Positions 30,483-45,166 of a stretch of DNA of 64,000 bases are shown piece after piece. A program made the position numbers and the translations under genes. The stretch is taken from assembly GCF_009914755.1 (NCBI RefSeq), contig NC_060935.1; one strand, given 5' to 3'. Within the stretch, counting starts at the first letter, position 1. Each line of letters opens with the position of its first letter. Under the pieces are notes generated by a model that saw only the letters and a program-made list of their open reading frames with translations, was not told the origin of the DNA and made no database searches. The stretch comes from the human T2T-CHM13v2.0 reference genome, Homo sapiens.

Positions 30483-32029
30483 CTAATGTAACATGTTATT
30501 GTACTTCTTGGTAGTTATATGACCATAAGAAAGCCTTTTCTAACTCCTATGTAAAAGTGTGGTTCTTTTATTATCGCAACAGAGCCTAGCTGACCCTCAC
30601 TAATATAATGATATTAGTATAGTTATCCCTCAGAGCTTTATTTTCTTTACCTATAAAATGAGGATAATATATTAATTCATTGCAGGGTTGTTATAAAATA
30701 ACATGAAAAACGGCCAAGTTTAAGCATAGTAAGCTCACAAAAATAGTTGATTGTTTTCATCTTCTAGTGATTTTGTAAGTTTTAATATAAAAACATTGTT
30801 AACAATACGTTTATCTGAAATTATACCCTGAGATTTTAGTAATTTACACAGTAGTAAAAATAAGAATAGGTAATAGTATTATTATTATGTCATATTTTCT
30901 ATGTAGTAAGGCCCCTTCTTAGTGCTTTCCATGGATTATATTTATCTGCTTAGAGAAGTTAAGTAACTTGACCAAGGCATAGAGTTAAGTAAAAGGAAGG
31001 ACTAGACCTGTATCCCAGCCTATTTGACTCATAAATCCACCATACAACTCCACCTTGCTATACTTGAAAAGAAATTGTAATTTATTTTACAACTTGAAAA
31101 TTCTCTATTGCTCTTTATTTAGTAGTATAGGGCCTTGACCAAAATGTTGGGGTTACCCAAGAGGCAGGAAGCCATACAGAGTACCTGTTCTCCTTCATGA
31201 ATATTTATGGTTCAGGGAGAAGTGACTCTGCTGGCAGTTCTAAGCCCTCATCATAAATCCTCATGCAGAGGCTGTTCTGGCCATAGACAGTTGCAGATTG
31301 GATCAGATGAGGAAAAATCGAGCTTAGGAAAGGTTCTTTGAAGCTGCATAATCAGATTATGATAATTTCATCAAAACCCATTTCCAAAAGCTAACATTTA
31401 TCATTAGTTTGTGTACCTCCTAATTATTTCATGAGAGTTAGTTCATGCAGGAATGATAAAAAATTCTAGCTTGAGAGAGCTTTTTAATGCAGTGTGTACA
31501 CAGCCAGATATATGGCATTGGCATATGGGTCACATTTGCATTTGGGGCTTATTTGAGGCAGTTTTCTGAAAATGTCAAAGGAGGTGACATATTCTAAAGG
31601 ATTGATATTAGTAATGAACATTAATTTCTCTCAGATACTTTCTATAGTAAAAGTATTTTTTTTGACCCAAAATTGTAAGCGAGTGCTTGCCAAGAGTGAA
31701 AAAAAAATTACTTAAGGCACACAAAATTTAAAATATTTCCCTCAGGAGAATGTCATACACCAGAGTTGCTAAAGACTGAATTACTGAAAAAACAAAAAAG
31801 CACTTGTTAGCCTCTGTGTCCTCCTATGCCTAAATCCCTTTCTTTCTTCTGGATCTACTATCGGATTGGAGACATCACCTTCCCCGCTAGTGCTGAAGCC
31901 ACAGTACTGAGAGTTATCCTTGAAAATAATCCTCTTTAACCAGATAAAAGTGGTCAGTTCCTGAGTCCTATAGCAGATGCTTTTCAAACCCATTTACTTA
32001 GCTGCCTTCTTACAGCAACTGTATTAGTT

Positions 32030-32325
32030 GAGGTGTTCACCTGTTTTCCATGAAACAGCAGAATGTTTTCCACATTTTAAGTGGTTTAAAAAAATCAAAA
32101 GAAAAGTAATATTTCATGACATCCAAAAATGATTTGAAATTCACATTTCACTGTGTGTAAATAAAATGGTGTTGGGACACGGCCACATTTACTGATGTAT
32201 GTATTGTCTATGACTGATTTTGTGCTACATTGGTAGAGTTCAGTAGTTGTGATATAGAACATATGTTCTGCTAAGTCTAAAATATTTACTACCTGGCTTT
32301 GACAGATGAAGTTTGATGTTCCCTT
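32030..32325. mobile_element. MER58B (hAT-Charlie)
   Basis: aaaaaatcaaaagaaaagtaatatttcatgac...aaataaa..ttgggacacggccac..aaaatatttactacctggc. Confidence 0.8.
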
Positions 32326-32344
32326 CTTAGAACCAAGGCTGAAG

Positions 32345-32990
32345 CCTCCTCATTGTTCTCTCTACCTCTAGTCCTATACCTTCTAACATATTCTCCACAC
32401 TATTTTCACAGTGATCTACCTAACATTTGCCCTGACACTGTTGTTCCTTTGTCTAAGATCCTTCATTGACTTCCCAGTTTCTACTGCAAAAATACTAAGA
32501 TTCAAGGCTCTTTATATCTCAGTGCCTGCTGGCTCTTTTTTACAGTGCGTATAAATGCCCTATATGTTACGTGTCCCTTAGTCAGTTAGGAGCTGTCTTG
32601 GTTATGAGATATAACACACTCTCTGCCTCCCATGATATTCCAGGGTCCCCAGATATGCTAGGGCTTTTGTGCTTCTCTGTTCAGAAAGCTACCCATTTTC
32701 AAATTCACCTGATGAATGCCTACTTATTATTAAGTCTGAGCTCCAGTAAGACTCCTCCAGGAAACCTTCCCCGAACCCTGACTTTGTCTGGGGAGCTCCA
32801 AGCCCAGTACTTATTTTCCTCTTTCTTTTCCTTTCTTTCTTTTCTAGCCTATACCCTAATACACTGTAATTGTGGATATGTGCCTATGTTCCTGAGGACT
32901 TGTGTTTTATATTTTCCTGTTCCAAGCCCTAAGCTGAATATCTGGATAATTAGAGGTGTTCAGAGACTAATGATTCATTAAATAAGTGAT
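32345..32990 (+). mobile_element. L2 3' region, highly diverged
   Basis: ttctccacac..agtgatct..aagatccttcattgacttccc...ctcctccaggaaaccttccc. Confidence 0.6.
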
Positions 32991-33142
32991 GTTTTACTGC
33001 ACTGATGAACTTCTACTCCAATCTCAAGACTTAGTCAACTGTTTTATGCTAATATGAGACTTCTCTGATCATCTCCATTGGTCCATTCCAGGAATACAGT
33101 CATATTTGCCTCTGGAAGTGGACTCTAAGGGATAAGGGATAG

Positions 33143-33533
33143 TGGTATGGTTTGGCTGTGTCTCCACCCAAAATGTCATCTTGAATTGTAATCCAAATCG
33201 TAATCCCCCATGTATTGAGGGAGGGACCTTATGGGAGGTGATTCGATTATGCAGGCAGTTCTACCATGCTGTTCTTGTGATAGTGAGTGAGTTATCATAA
33301 GATCTGATGGTTTTATAAAAGACTTTATAAGGAGATGTTCCCTACTTCGCTCTGCACTGCCCTCTCCTCCCACCACGTGAAGAAGGATGTGTTTGCTTCC
33401 CCTTCCACCATGACTGTAAGGTTCCTGAGGCTTTTCAAGCCATGTGCAACTGTGAGTCAGTTAAACCCCTTTCCTTTATAAATTACCCAGTCTCAGGTAG
33501 TTCTTGATAGCAGCGTGAGAACGGACCAATACG
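33143..33533 (+). mobile_element. THE1C/THE1D-like solo LTR
   Basis: tggtatggtttggctgtgtc...aattacccagtctcagg..acggaccaatacg; exact TSD gatag at 33138-33142 and 33534-33538. Confidence 0.92.
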
Positions 33534-35061
33534 GATAGTCTATCAAATAAGTAATACATTTCACGAATAAAATAGTCTACACATGGAGACAGTTTCTCAA
33601 ATTTTCAGTAAACATTGTGTTTCCTCTAAATTTTCATTATATCAGCTCTTTCTTCTAAAGAAACCACTTCTATTAAGCTAATTAGATAAAATTTAAGTGT
33701 CAATAAATTGATTCCTGATTTTATAATATTAAATCAATCAACTAATAAAGTTTAGTTTTTATCTAGCTTAGAGTCCAAGAAACTATAAAATAAATAGAGC
33801 TTCTGAGCTTAAGTAATATACTAAAATTATCCCTGGGAAAATCAGTTCCAACGTCCATGTTCTGTAACTCCAAAAGACGTATCTTGTATGCCTCCTTTCT
33901 TTCCATTCACCTCACTGCAGTTTTACTTCCTCTCTTTCTCTCTCTTAACCTGATTCATTTTTGAAATTTTAAATGGGTTCCTTTCAGGCCTTATACTCTA
34001 CAAAATATATTTTTGCCGAAATCTCAAGTTGCAGCAATAATGACTGTAAGCCATTTGGATGGCTATTTTACAAACTAGGAAGAACAGAGAAATTACCAGT
34101 TGAGCATATAGTGGCAACTATAGCCCAGTTATACTAGAGTTTAGCCCTGAGCCATGTTTTAAGTTAAATGTCGGAGTCCCTAAGTAATTGATCTGGTCTA
34201 GGTAGAAATGGCTTATTGGTTTTCTGATTTTTAAATCAGAAAAGTTCATGAAATCAACATCTCTGCTTCTGGGGATCTATCACTCCTCTACTTTAATTAC
34301 CCAGCAAAATGCAAAGCTGGAAGTGTTTGTGCTCCCTTGCACATGAACATGCACTTACACCATCATACTTCTGGGAATCTGTCGTAAGTAATACAGATGA
34401 AGAACACAGGTATATGCAAAAAGATACTCAATTCAGCTTTATTTATGCTGATAAAACATGAGAAGCCACCGAAATTGCTGTTCAGACAAAGTATGATGTA
34501 TCTACTTACTGCAGTATTATGCAGCCACTAATCATTATACTCACTATATTATTACATGAGGAAAGGCTCATGATGTGGCATAAACAGGGCTGCTGACTAA
34601 TGTAAATAATAATTTATTACGAGTTTGAAAACACTGTGCAAAATTCACATGGTAATTTGTTAGGATGGTTGGCTTATGGGTGCATTTTTTGGCTTATTGT
34701 CCAAATTTTCTGTGATATTTCTGTATTACTCATGATTAAATGTCAAAAGTGTATTTTCAGTGCATCATGGGCTTTGAGATTTTTTCACAGTACTACTAAT
34801 ATCAAGTTCTCTGAATAACACATTTAGAATGGATAATAAAAGAAAGGGATAGAGAAAGGGTAGAGATTAAAAGGGAACAAAATTATATTTGGGAAAGAAA
34901 TGTCACAGGGCTATACCAAAATGATATAAAAGTGACTTACAGGAAAAAAATTAACATAGAATCCCAAGAATAGAGAGGACTTAAACGTCAGCTAATCCTA
35001 CCACCCCATCTCTGTTTGGAATCCTTGTCAAGTTCTAGCTTTTGTGTTTAAAAACAATGCC

Positions 35062-35260
35062 CTTATTGTGATAGAAGTTAGAAAAATGGTTAACACTGGC
35101 AGCAGGCTAATGATGAGTAAAGGCACCAGGGTAAAGCTTCGGTGCCTACACGTTCTATATCTTGATTTAAGTGGGAGTCCCCTTGTAAATTTGCTGAGCT
35201 GTATATATAGGATTTGTGTTTGTGTGTATGTAATATTTCAGTAAAATTTATTTAAAAATG
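35062..35260 (+). mobile_element. Old L1ME-type 3' end
   Basis: gatagaagttagaaaaatggttaac...gttctatatcttgattt...atatttcagtaaaa; a further L1M-like piece lies at about 34400-34560. Confidence 0.6.
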
Positions 35261-35579
35261 AAGTTTGTACCACAATATGAAACTCTTTCAGAGGACATAC
35301 TGATTCAGAAGTGGGTTTGTAAGCAAATTGGATACTTAAACTGTAGTAAGACAATCAACAGAGAAGATGATTTAAGATGTGTTTATATAAATCTTAAATT
35401 ATATAAATAACTTAATAATTTTATTATATATCTGATATAAATTTATATAACTATTGATATAATTTTAAAATTAGTAACATTACTAGTTCTAGCTTAAATA
35501 TCTCACACAAATGAGTACACAGAAAATTATAACTATTGTTGAGGTCCATATCAGCTAGCCCTTTCACCATAGTATCTGG

Positions 35580-35963
35580 TGTTTTAGTCCATTTTGTGCT
35601 GCTGTAACAGAAAACCTGATACTGAGTAATTTATAAGAAAGAACAAAATTATGTATTACATTCTGGAGGCTGAGAAGTCAACATTGTCGGGATACCTCTG
35701 GAGAGGAGCTTGGTGCTGCTTCAACCCATGATGCAAGGCAGCAGGGCAAGAGAATGTGAGAGCAAGAGCAGACTGAACTGACTTTTATAACAAATCTACT
35801 CTTGCAATAACTGACACATTCCTGTGATAACAATGGTAATCTATTAATGAGGGCAGAGCCCTCATGACCTAATCATCTCTTAAAGGTTCCACTCTTAGCA
35901 CTGTTGCTTTGGGGATTAAGTTTCCAACATATGAACTTTGCAGGACACATTAAAACCATAGCA
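35580..35963 (-). mobile_element. MSTC/MSTD-like LTR
   Basis: tgttttagtccattttgtgctgctgtaacag...atgagggcagagccctcatgacctaatca...aaaccatagca. Confidence 0.88.
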
Positions 35964-37325
35964 TTTTGCCCCTGGCTCCCAAAATGTAAGCCCAGGGAAA
36001 AATCCATTCATTTCATCCCAATACTCCCAAAGGTCTTAACTTATTCTGGCATCCACTTAAAAGTCCGAAGTCTCATCAAAATAAGATACGGGTGAGACTC
36101 AAGCTGCAATTTATCCTTTGGCAAATTCCCTTCCCACTGTGAAGTTAAAACAAGTCACATACTTCTAAAATGTGACGGCGAAACAGGTATAGGATAGACA
36201 TTTCTAATCCAAATGGGAGAAATAGGCAAAAAGAAAGAAATAACAGGCTCCAAGTAATCCAAAAGAGAAAGCAAAATTAAATCTTAAAGCTTAGGAATAA
36301 ACTTTCACTTCATATGCTGTCTCCTGAACACACTAGGAGCGGCAGGGGTTGGGCCCCCAAAACCTTGGGTAGCCCACCCCTACAGCTTTGCTGGGCTCAG
36401 CCCATGCAGCTCTCACAGGTTGGGAGTCTCCTGCCTGCAGCTCCCCTAGGCTGATGCTGCATGCTGGTAGCTCTACACTTTTGGGATCTTAGGAGTGGCC
36501 CCACTTCCACGGCTCCCAGGGTATTGCCATAGTGGGGGCTCTCTGCAGTGGCTCTGCCTCATGACAAGTTTCTGCCTGGACCCCAAGGCTGTCTGACAGA
36601 TTTTTTGAAACTTAGATGGAGGCTGCATAGCCCCACAGTTGCATCTGTAGAGTCAGCTCCAAGTGTTTGCTACCAAGGCTTTCTGCTTGTACCCTCTAGA
36701 GCTGTGGCATACATGAGTTATACCTGGCATGAGCTGAACCTGGGTTCCCTTGAGCCATAGCTGGGGCAGCCAAGGAGTACTGTACAAATTCAAGGAGCAG
36801 AGTCCCCTGGGTAGCAAATACTGGGGTCTCACAGGCACCTCTCTGGAAACCTTGCGCTCAAGATCCTAGCTTGCCTCGAAAATATCTGAAATGCTTTGAG
36901 GGTCATGCTCTTATTGTCTTGATAAATGAAACCTTGCATCTTTCTATCCATATCAATCTCTTTACCAAATGGTCCCAAATATGCTTTTTTATTCTTTGCA
37001 TGGCCAGGTTAAGAGTTTTCCAAATATTTCTAATGTTTATTCCCTTTAATTATAAATTCCACCTGGAAATCATTTCTCTCTTCTCTCATTTTACTGTAAG
37101 CATCCAAAAGAAACCATCCAGCACCTTGAATGAGTCATTGCTTAACTTTCTCCTGCCAGATATCCCAGTTCATCACTCTTAAATTCTACCTTTCATACAG
37201 CTCTAGGGCATGGACACAATTCTGCCAAGTTCTTTGTAACTATGTAACAAGGATCCAGTTTCCAATACCTTGTTAGTCATTTCTGTCTGAGGCCTCATCA
37301 GAATGGCTTTTACCATCCATTTACC
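35964..37325 (-). mobile_element. MaLR (MST) internal region, truncated before the second LTR
   Basis: Contiguous with the LTR; ggataga.cattt..atccaaatgggagaaataggcaaaaagaaag, ttgggcccccaaaaccttggg, gggcatggacacaattctgccaagttctttg. Confidence 0.85.
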
Positions 37326-37949
37326 ATTTACTTTCATATAGCTGCTCAGAAATGTGCTGCTATTGAATGGAAAAAATGAATCAAAGTTTTCATGAAGTAA
37401 TAAATGGTATGTATTTATTTAAGGCAAATTTAGAGATGTTATGTTCCACTCAAGGTGGGCAACTGGGGATAGACAGAAGAGAGTCTTGGTCATGGGTTGT
37501 AATCAGTGGCAAGCTTTGCTATAGACCTGGGCTGAGTATAGCTTGTCAGCAGATAGCTCTCTCAGTTTATTTTTTTTTTCTTTCTAGATTACAGCTCCCT
37601 TTCTAACCTCAGGAAGACCTAAAAAATTCAGAAAAAGAAATTTGGACAACTCTGTATTGGTACTACTAAAACCCTAATGTTTATGCAAGATGACCTATAA
37701 TGTGTTTTAGGATATATTATCATGTTTGATTTTGAAAACAATCCTAATATTGGTGTGCTACTGATATAACTGCACCTAATACTTATATAGCTAGTAAGTG
37801 ATCATGTAGAGACTAGAAGGCAAGTCTTCTTTCACAACACAGAGGTGGTGCCTGGGAGCCTAAAATGTTTGACCTAGTTAGTGTATTCTAGCCGTTCATA
37901 GCCTGGAAGAGCTACAGTCTAGATTTAATACTCTCTAAATTTAAAGACA

Positions 37950-38000
37950 ATTTATTAGCCGTGCATAAGAGTTATTCAGAGAAACATAACCAATGGAATG

Positions 38001-38048
<48 letters not shown>

Positions 38049-38436
38049 TAGATAGAAAGGAATTTATTATAAGAAAGTGGCTCACATGATTCGGGAGGTT
38101 TATAAGTCCTAAGATCTGCAGGGTGAGTCAGGCCGGCTAGAGATCTAGGACAGCTGTTAATTTGGCTTGAGTCCAAAGGCGGAAAGGATTAATGTTCCAG
38201 CTCAGAAAACTCAGAGGAAGAGCTCCCTCTTACTCAGACTTTTTGTTCCATTCAGGCCTTCAACTGATTGGACTAGGCCCACTCACATTAGAGAGGACAA
38301 TCTGCTTTACTCAATCTACTAACTCAGATGTTAATCCCATCCAGAAACACTCTTATGGACATATTCAGAGTAATGTTTGATTAATTATCTGGGCACTCCG
38401 TGGCTTATTCAAGTTGAAACAAAATTAACCACCACA
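37950..38436 (-). mobile_element. MLT2B-like solo LTR (ERVL) containing a (CA)n microsatellite
   Basis: cagagaaacataaccaat..atttattataag..ggctcacatgatt...ccttcaactgattgga..ggcccactcacatt..aaaattaaccaccaca. Confidence 0.88.
38001..38042. repeat. (CA)n microsatellite
   Basis: Directly visible. Confidence 0.95.
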
Positions 38437-39224
38437 AGCAGCACTGTAATAATTTCTTATACATTTATCTCCAAGATACTCTAAGCCCCTCAAAGGCATG
38501 GTCTGTACCAACAGCTCTTTTTACCAGAACATAGAACTAAATATGTGCTCATTAAATGCTTACTGACCTGAACTATGTGGAATGCCACCTATATTCAGAG
38601 TATTACTAGGTAATGCATTCCTGAATCCACAGAAAGCCGTATAGTCCTCTGACAGTATAGCAGTAGAAAATAACAACAATGATGCTTTTATTTTTGTATG
38701 GAAGCATTTTTAAAAGAAGAAAAAATGCCTTGGGGGAGATTACAAAATATAGATCATTTTTTCTCTTCAATTGAAAGACTTGCTCCATATTGAGCAAATG
38801 TTTATTTAGGCAGTTGCTGGGGCGGGGGAAAGATAAATAATGTGTACAGTAGAACTCATTTAGACTAATATCTGGGAAAGGGGCTGATCTGCTAAGTGAA
38901 CAGATGTTTCATGTGCTGAACCAAATTTGAATGCTGACTGAATCATAATGAAGCTCTGGATGCAGGAATAGGACTGATAAAAGAACACTGTAACCTGTTA
39001 CAAGAACTCTATGTACTAGCAAGCAAGATAGTGAAGATGCCACCAGGATCTAGAACACAAGGTCCACCTGACTGTGTCAAAATGGATTCACCTGCACCAA
39101 GGATAAAGTGTTATAAATGAAGAGGCAATATTATGTTATTAACGGGAAGTTTTAATAGTAAATGAAGTTTATCTGTTACCATTAAGAGCTGAGCATATAC
39201 CATACTTCATACAAAGTACATTAC

Positions 39225-39400
39225 AGATATTGCCATCTCAAATTTATGTAATGCTCACACATTAGATGGCCTTATTTTACATATAACAAAGCTGAAGTTC
39301 AGAGAGGTTAAATATTTACCCTGCATTATACAGCTAATAAGAAGCAAATCTGGTTTAGGAAGCAGTACTATGTGACTACTAAGTCAAGGCTATTTGCACT
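39225..39400 (-). mobile_element. MIR
   Basis: ccttattttacata..aaagctgaagttcagagaggttaaat..tacagctaataag. Confidence 0.65.
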
Positions 39401-39688
39401 CTAATTAGCTGCATCACCCTACAGTGAAAGAGATTTGCTGAGCACATAAGCACAGTGCCAGGTAGGAAGAGGAGTGTTGAGGAAAGGGCACCGTATGGCT
39501 CCCCAGGATCCATCCAACATATATGCTACCCCTGCATCCCAATGTCAGGCCTCAGCAACCTGGAGGAAACACCACTGAATGCTTAGAAGTGGTATAGAAC
39601 TATCATCAATTATAAAACATTAATCACAGTTCTACTGGGTTCTCAGAAACGCAAACAATGTCATGTTTCTGAAGTTGTAAATAAAATT

Positions 39689-40113
<425 letters not shown>

Positions 40114-40923
40114 TCATGAACATTTCTGGAATTGCTATGGGCTGGGCAGGTACCTTCTAAGCATCTATATGGATGTCATTTAATTATCACAACAACATTT
40201 TGAGATACCTACTTTTTCATTATTTTCATTTTACAGAAAAGAGATTTTCAGAGGGTTAAATATGATTCTTTTAAGAAACTTACAGTACAGAATGGAGAGA
40301 AATTCTGTAATACAACATAGCTCATAAGTGAGGAACGGCTAGATGTCCACCCTAAGGCGGTGTCCACCCTTCTCTTTTTCTCTAAACGTTTTTACTTAAG
40401 ACAGGGACTAATTCAAGATTCCAGAAAAACTCCAAAATACAGCCTCGGGGGCTTTGCCATGATAAGGTGTCGTGCTTCAGTGACTGTACCCCTCTTTGCA
40501 TTTCCCATGCCATGTACCAAATTCTTAGAGCTGAGCTGTTGTCTTTCTGATTCTCTCATTTAAAACCACTTTTTAAAGATGAAGAAACTGAAGCTCAAAT
40601 CAGTGAATTAACTTTCCCCAAGTAGCTCAGATACTTAAGACTCATCATTTGAATGTAGGCCCAAGTCTGATTTCTAATCTCTTTTTATCACACACGATGG
40701 TGTGTTGGGTAAGCTTGTGAAGGTGGGTTGGGTCCGGGCTGTTGGTTGGGTCCAACATTGATGAATATTGATTGCCAGGGAAGGTGTTTACCCCTTATCC
40801 TGGACTCTGTGGAAAACTTCCTTTGGTTCTAAAGCAGGGAACTAGTCAGGTCTTTATCACAGTAAAGCAATTTTGGCTGCAACATGGAAAGTGGGCTAGA
40901 GGCAGAGCTATCAGAAGCATGAT

Positions 40924-41154
40924 GCACTAATTTATATTCTCACCAGCAGTGCAGGAGAGCTCCTTTTCTCATCCTCACAGGCATTTGCTATTTTTTTTTT
41001 GTCTTTTTAATAACAGCCATTCTATCTGGAGCACAATGATATTGCGGTTTGATTTGCATTTTCCTGATGATTAATGATGTTGAGCATTAAAAAAATATAC
41101 ATACCTATTGGCCAATTGTACGTCTTAAGAAATGTCTATTCAGGTTTATTGCCT
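40924..41154 (-). mobile_element. Inverted 5' segment of an L1MA element
   Basis: Reverse ORF2 C-terminal sequence (ggtttgatttgcattttcctgatgattaatgatgttgagcat, aaatgtctattcagg). Confidence 0.85.
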
Positions 41155-41749
41155 ATAAATTAGTATAGCTATTATAAAAAACAGCATAGAAGTTACTCAA
41201 AAAACTAAAAATAGAACTACCATCTGATGCAACAATCCCACTACTGGTTATCTAACAAAAGGATATCAAAAGGAAAATAATTCAGCATGTCAAAGAGATA
41301 CTTGCACCTCCATGTTTATCGCATCACAATTCCTAATAGCCAAGATATGAAGTCAATTTAAGTGTCCATCGACAACATTGATGAATGGATAAAGAAAACA
41401 TGGCATATATACACAATGGAATATTGCTCAACCATAAAAACTGAAATCATGTCATTTGCGGCAATATAGATGGAACTGGAGGTCACTATATGAAGTGAAA
41501 TAAGCTAGACACGGTAAGACAAATATGGCTTCTCCTCACTCATACGTGAGAGCTATAAAGGTAGGTTTCATGGAGGTAGAGAGTGGAATGATAGTTACTA
41601 GAGGCTGGGGAGGGTGGGTGGCTGGGATGAAGAGAGGTTGGTTAATGGGTGCAAACATAGAGTTAGACAGAAGAAATAAGTCCTAGTGTTTGGCAGCACA
41701 ATAGAGTGACTATCGTCAATATATTGTCTATTTCAAAATAGCTAGGAGA

Positions 41750-43028
<1,279 letters not shown>

Positions 43029-44988
43029 AAGAGAAGATGGAAATGTTCTCCACACAAAGAAATGATGAATGTGTAAGGTGATGGGTATCCTAAATATCCT
43101 GATTTGATCATTAGACATTGTAGGCATGTATCAAAATATCATGTTCCCTACAAATATGTATTATGTATCAATAGAAAACAATTACAATGCTGCAACAGCT
43201 GCCTTGGTGCATGAGGATGATCAAAGCTGAGGAAGCAGCCAGGAAAAAGCCATATTGTAAAAGATATTGAGTGTCTATACATTAGTCACCATGAAATTAG
43301 CAAATTAAGGCATGATGTCACTGCAGTGAGAATGAGAAACAAGCATGTGAAACTGAATGCAGTGCCTGCCATTACCTTTGGCAAATGCTTTATTGTTACC
43401 GTGGCTACTGCTGTTGTTAAAATGTGTCATGCATTTTTCTAGACAAGCTTTTTGTGACTTTTTCCCTTAGTCAGGCATTTCTTCTGCCTTCTTTCAATCT
43501 TATGCAATCACCTCTTGAAATCAAGAGTACCTCTTGAAATCACTAAGTCACAGAGTTCTCATAGCTAGCAGGAAACCTGTAGATGACACAGACCATCCTT
43601 CGTTGCCCTCCAACTTCTACTTTGCCAAGAAGAAAGTTGAGGTTCAATTGGGTGATGGGGTAAAGGTGACTCCCTGTTAAACTCTAAGGCTGCCTCTTAG
43701 AGATCCAGGATGGTATCCTTGATTCCAGCCTACCACTTTGGATCAAATGCTCCTTTCTCTGAATTTCCATGCCTTGCTGCTGGTTCCCTAATTGACTACT
43801 GTATTTGTTATTCTAATACTATTTGTGAGTCTTTCTCCCCGACCCCACTTGGCTGTGACCTCTCCAGGGAAACATCTCTATTGCTCAGACTAAGTCCACC
43901 GATAAATATGATTCCAAAATCTTCTACATACATTTTGCATATCTCACTTCATATTTTTTTATTTATATTTTTAAAAAATGTGTATCTTTCCTATGAAACT
44001 AACATTTTAGAGGATGGGGAAATTTCATATTTTATTCCCTTTCCACCACACATCATAGTAAGTTTGGTAGCACCATGAAGGTGAGTCTGTATCCCTAATG
44101 TACCTTTAATGGCTCCACAGTGCTTGGCCCACACTGGTACTTAGTAAATATTTGATTAATCAGTGTATTAATCTCTGTATTCTCTTTGTGAAATTAGTGC
44201 CTGATACATAGCAGGAGGTCAATATGTATTTCGTGAATGCATATTATTATTGCTTAATTTTTGTATAATTACTTATGTAGTTTTTAAAATTTGTGTTTCA
44301 ACACTAAAGTGTTGAACACAGCACAAAGTATGTGAATCCTAAAAGGATGACACATTTTTTTCTAAGAGAAAAAGAAATCCAACTATTTTGAATTTGCCTC
44401 AAGTTTAACACTTAATATTTAAGCCTGACTTATTTACCATCTGAAATGTCTTTTTCTTTTTGAGAAAGATGTGATGTGACAACAGTCACTTTCGCTCACT
44501 TAAATGTATGACAGAAATGACTTTGTAATTTAAAATAATAAAAATTATTGTCTTAGATTTATGGTTTGGTGAGGCTCAAATATAACTAGTTTCTCATGTG
44601 TGGCCACATAATTTATACATGTCCAGATGTATAAATGTGAAAAAATAAATTACAGAGTAAGCCTCAGAAATATGTTTATTATTGTTGTTATTATTACATT
44701 GATTACCATTTTATTATTTCCCACCTTACCTCTGCTCTCCTGGGTAGAGTGGTTTCATAAGATGAGAGGGTAGAATATGTGTTGAGTAGAGATTCAGTGA
44801 GTCTTTTGAAACAATGCCATGAATTTGCAAATTCTTATTTTTCAGAAAAGTAATGAGGAAAGAGCATATGATTTGGTGTCTAGCAAACGTAGATTTGAGA
44901 TTCAACTGAGCTGCTGCTTTATTATTATTATGTTTCAATCTGTTAAACACAGGCATGCACACACAAATAATAATATTTATCCAGCCAG

Positions 44989-45166
44989 TTGAGACCAGCT
45001 ACCTAGTGTGCAGGGCCCATTTCAAAGTGAAAATGCGAGGGCCCTTGTTGAAAAATTATTAAAAATTTCAAGATACGAAAACAGCACATTAAATCAAGTG
45101 TGGGGTCCTTCGAAGCCTGGGTACTATGTGACTGCACAGGTCATAAGGCCTATGGAGCTGACCCCG
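44989..45166. mobile_element. MER91A-like (hAT-Tip100)
   Basis: cagggccca..caaagtgaaaatgcgagggcccttgttgaaaaattattaaaaatttcaaga...gtgactgcacaggtc. Confidence 0.8.
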
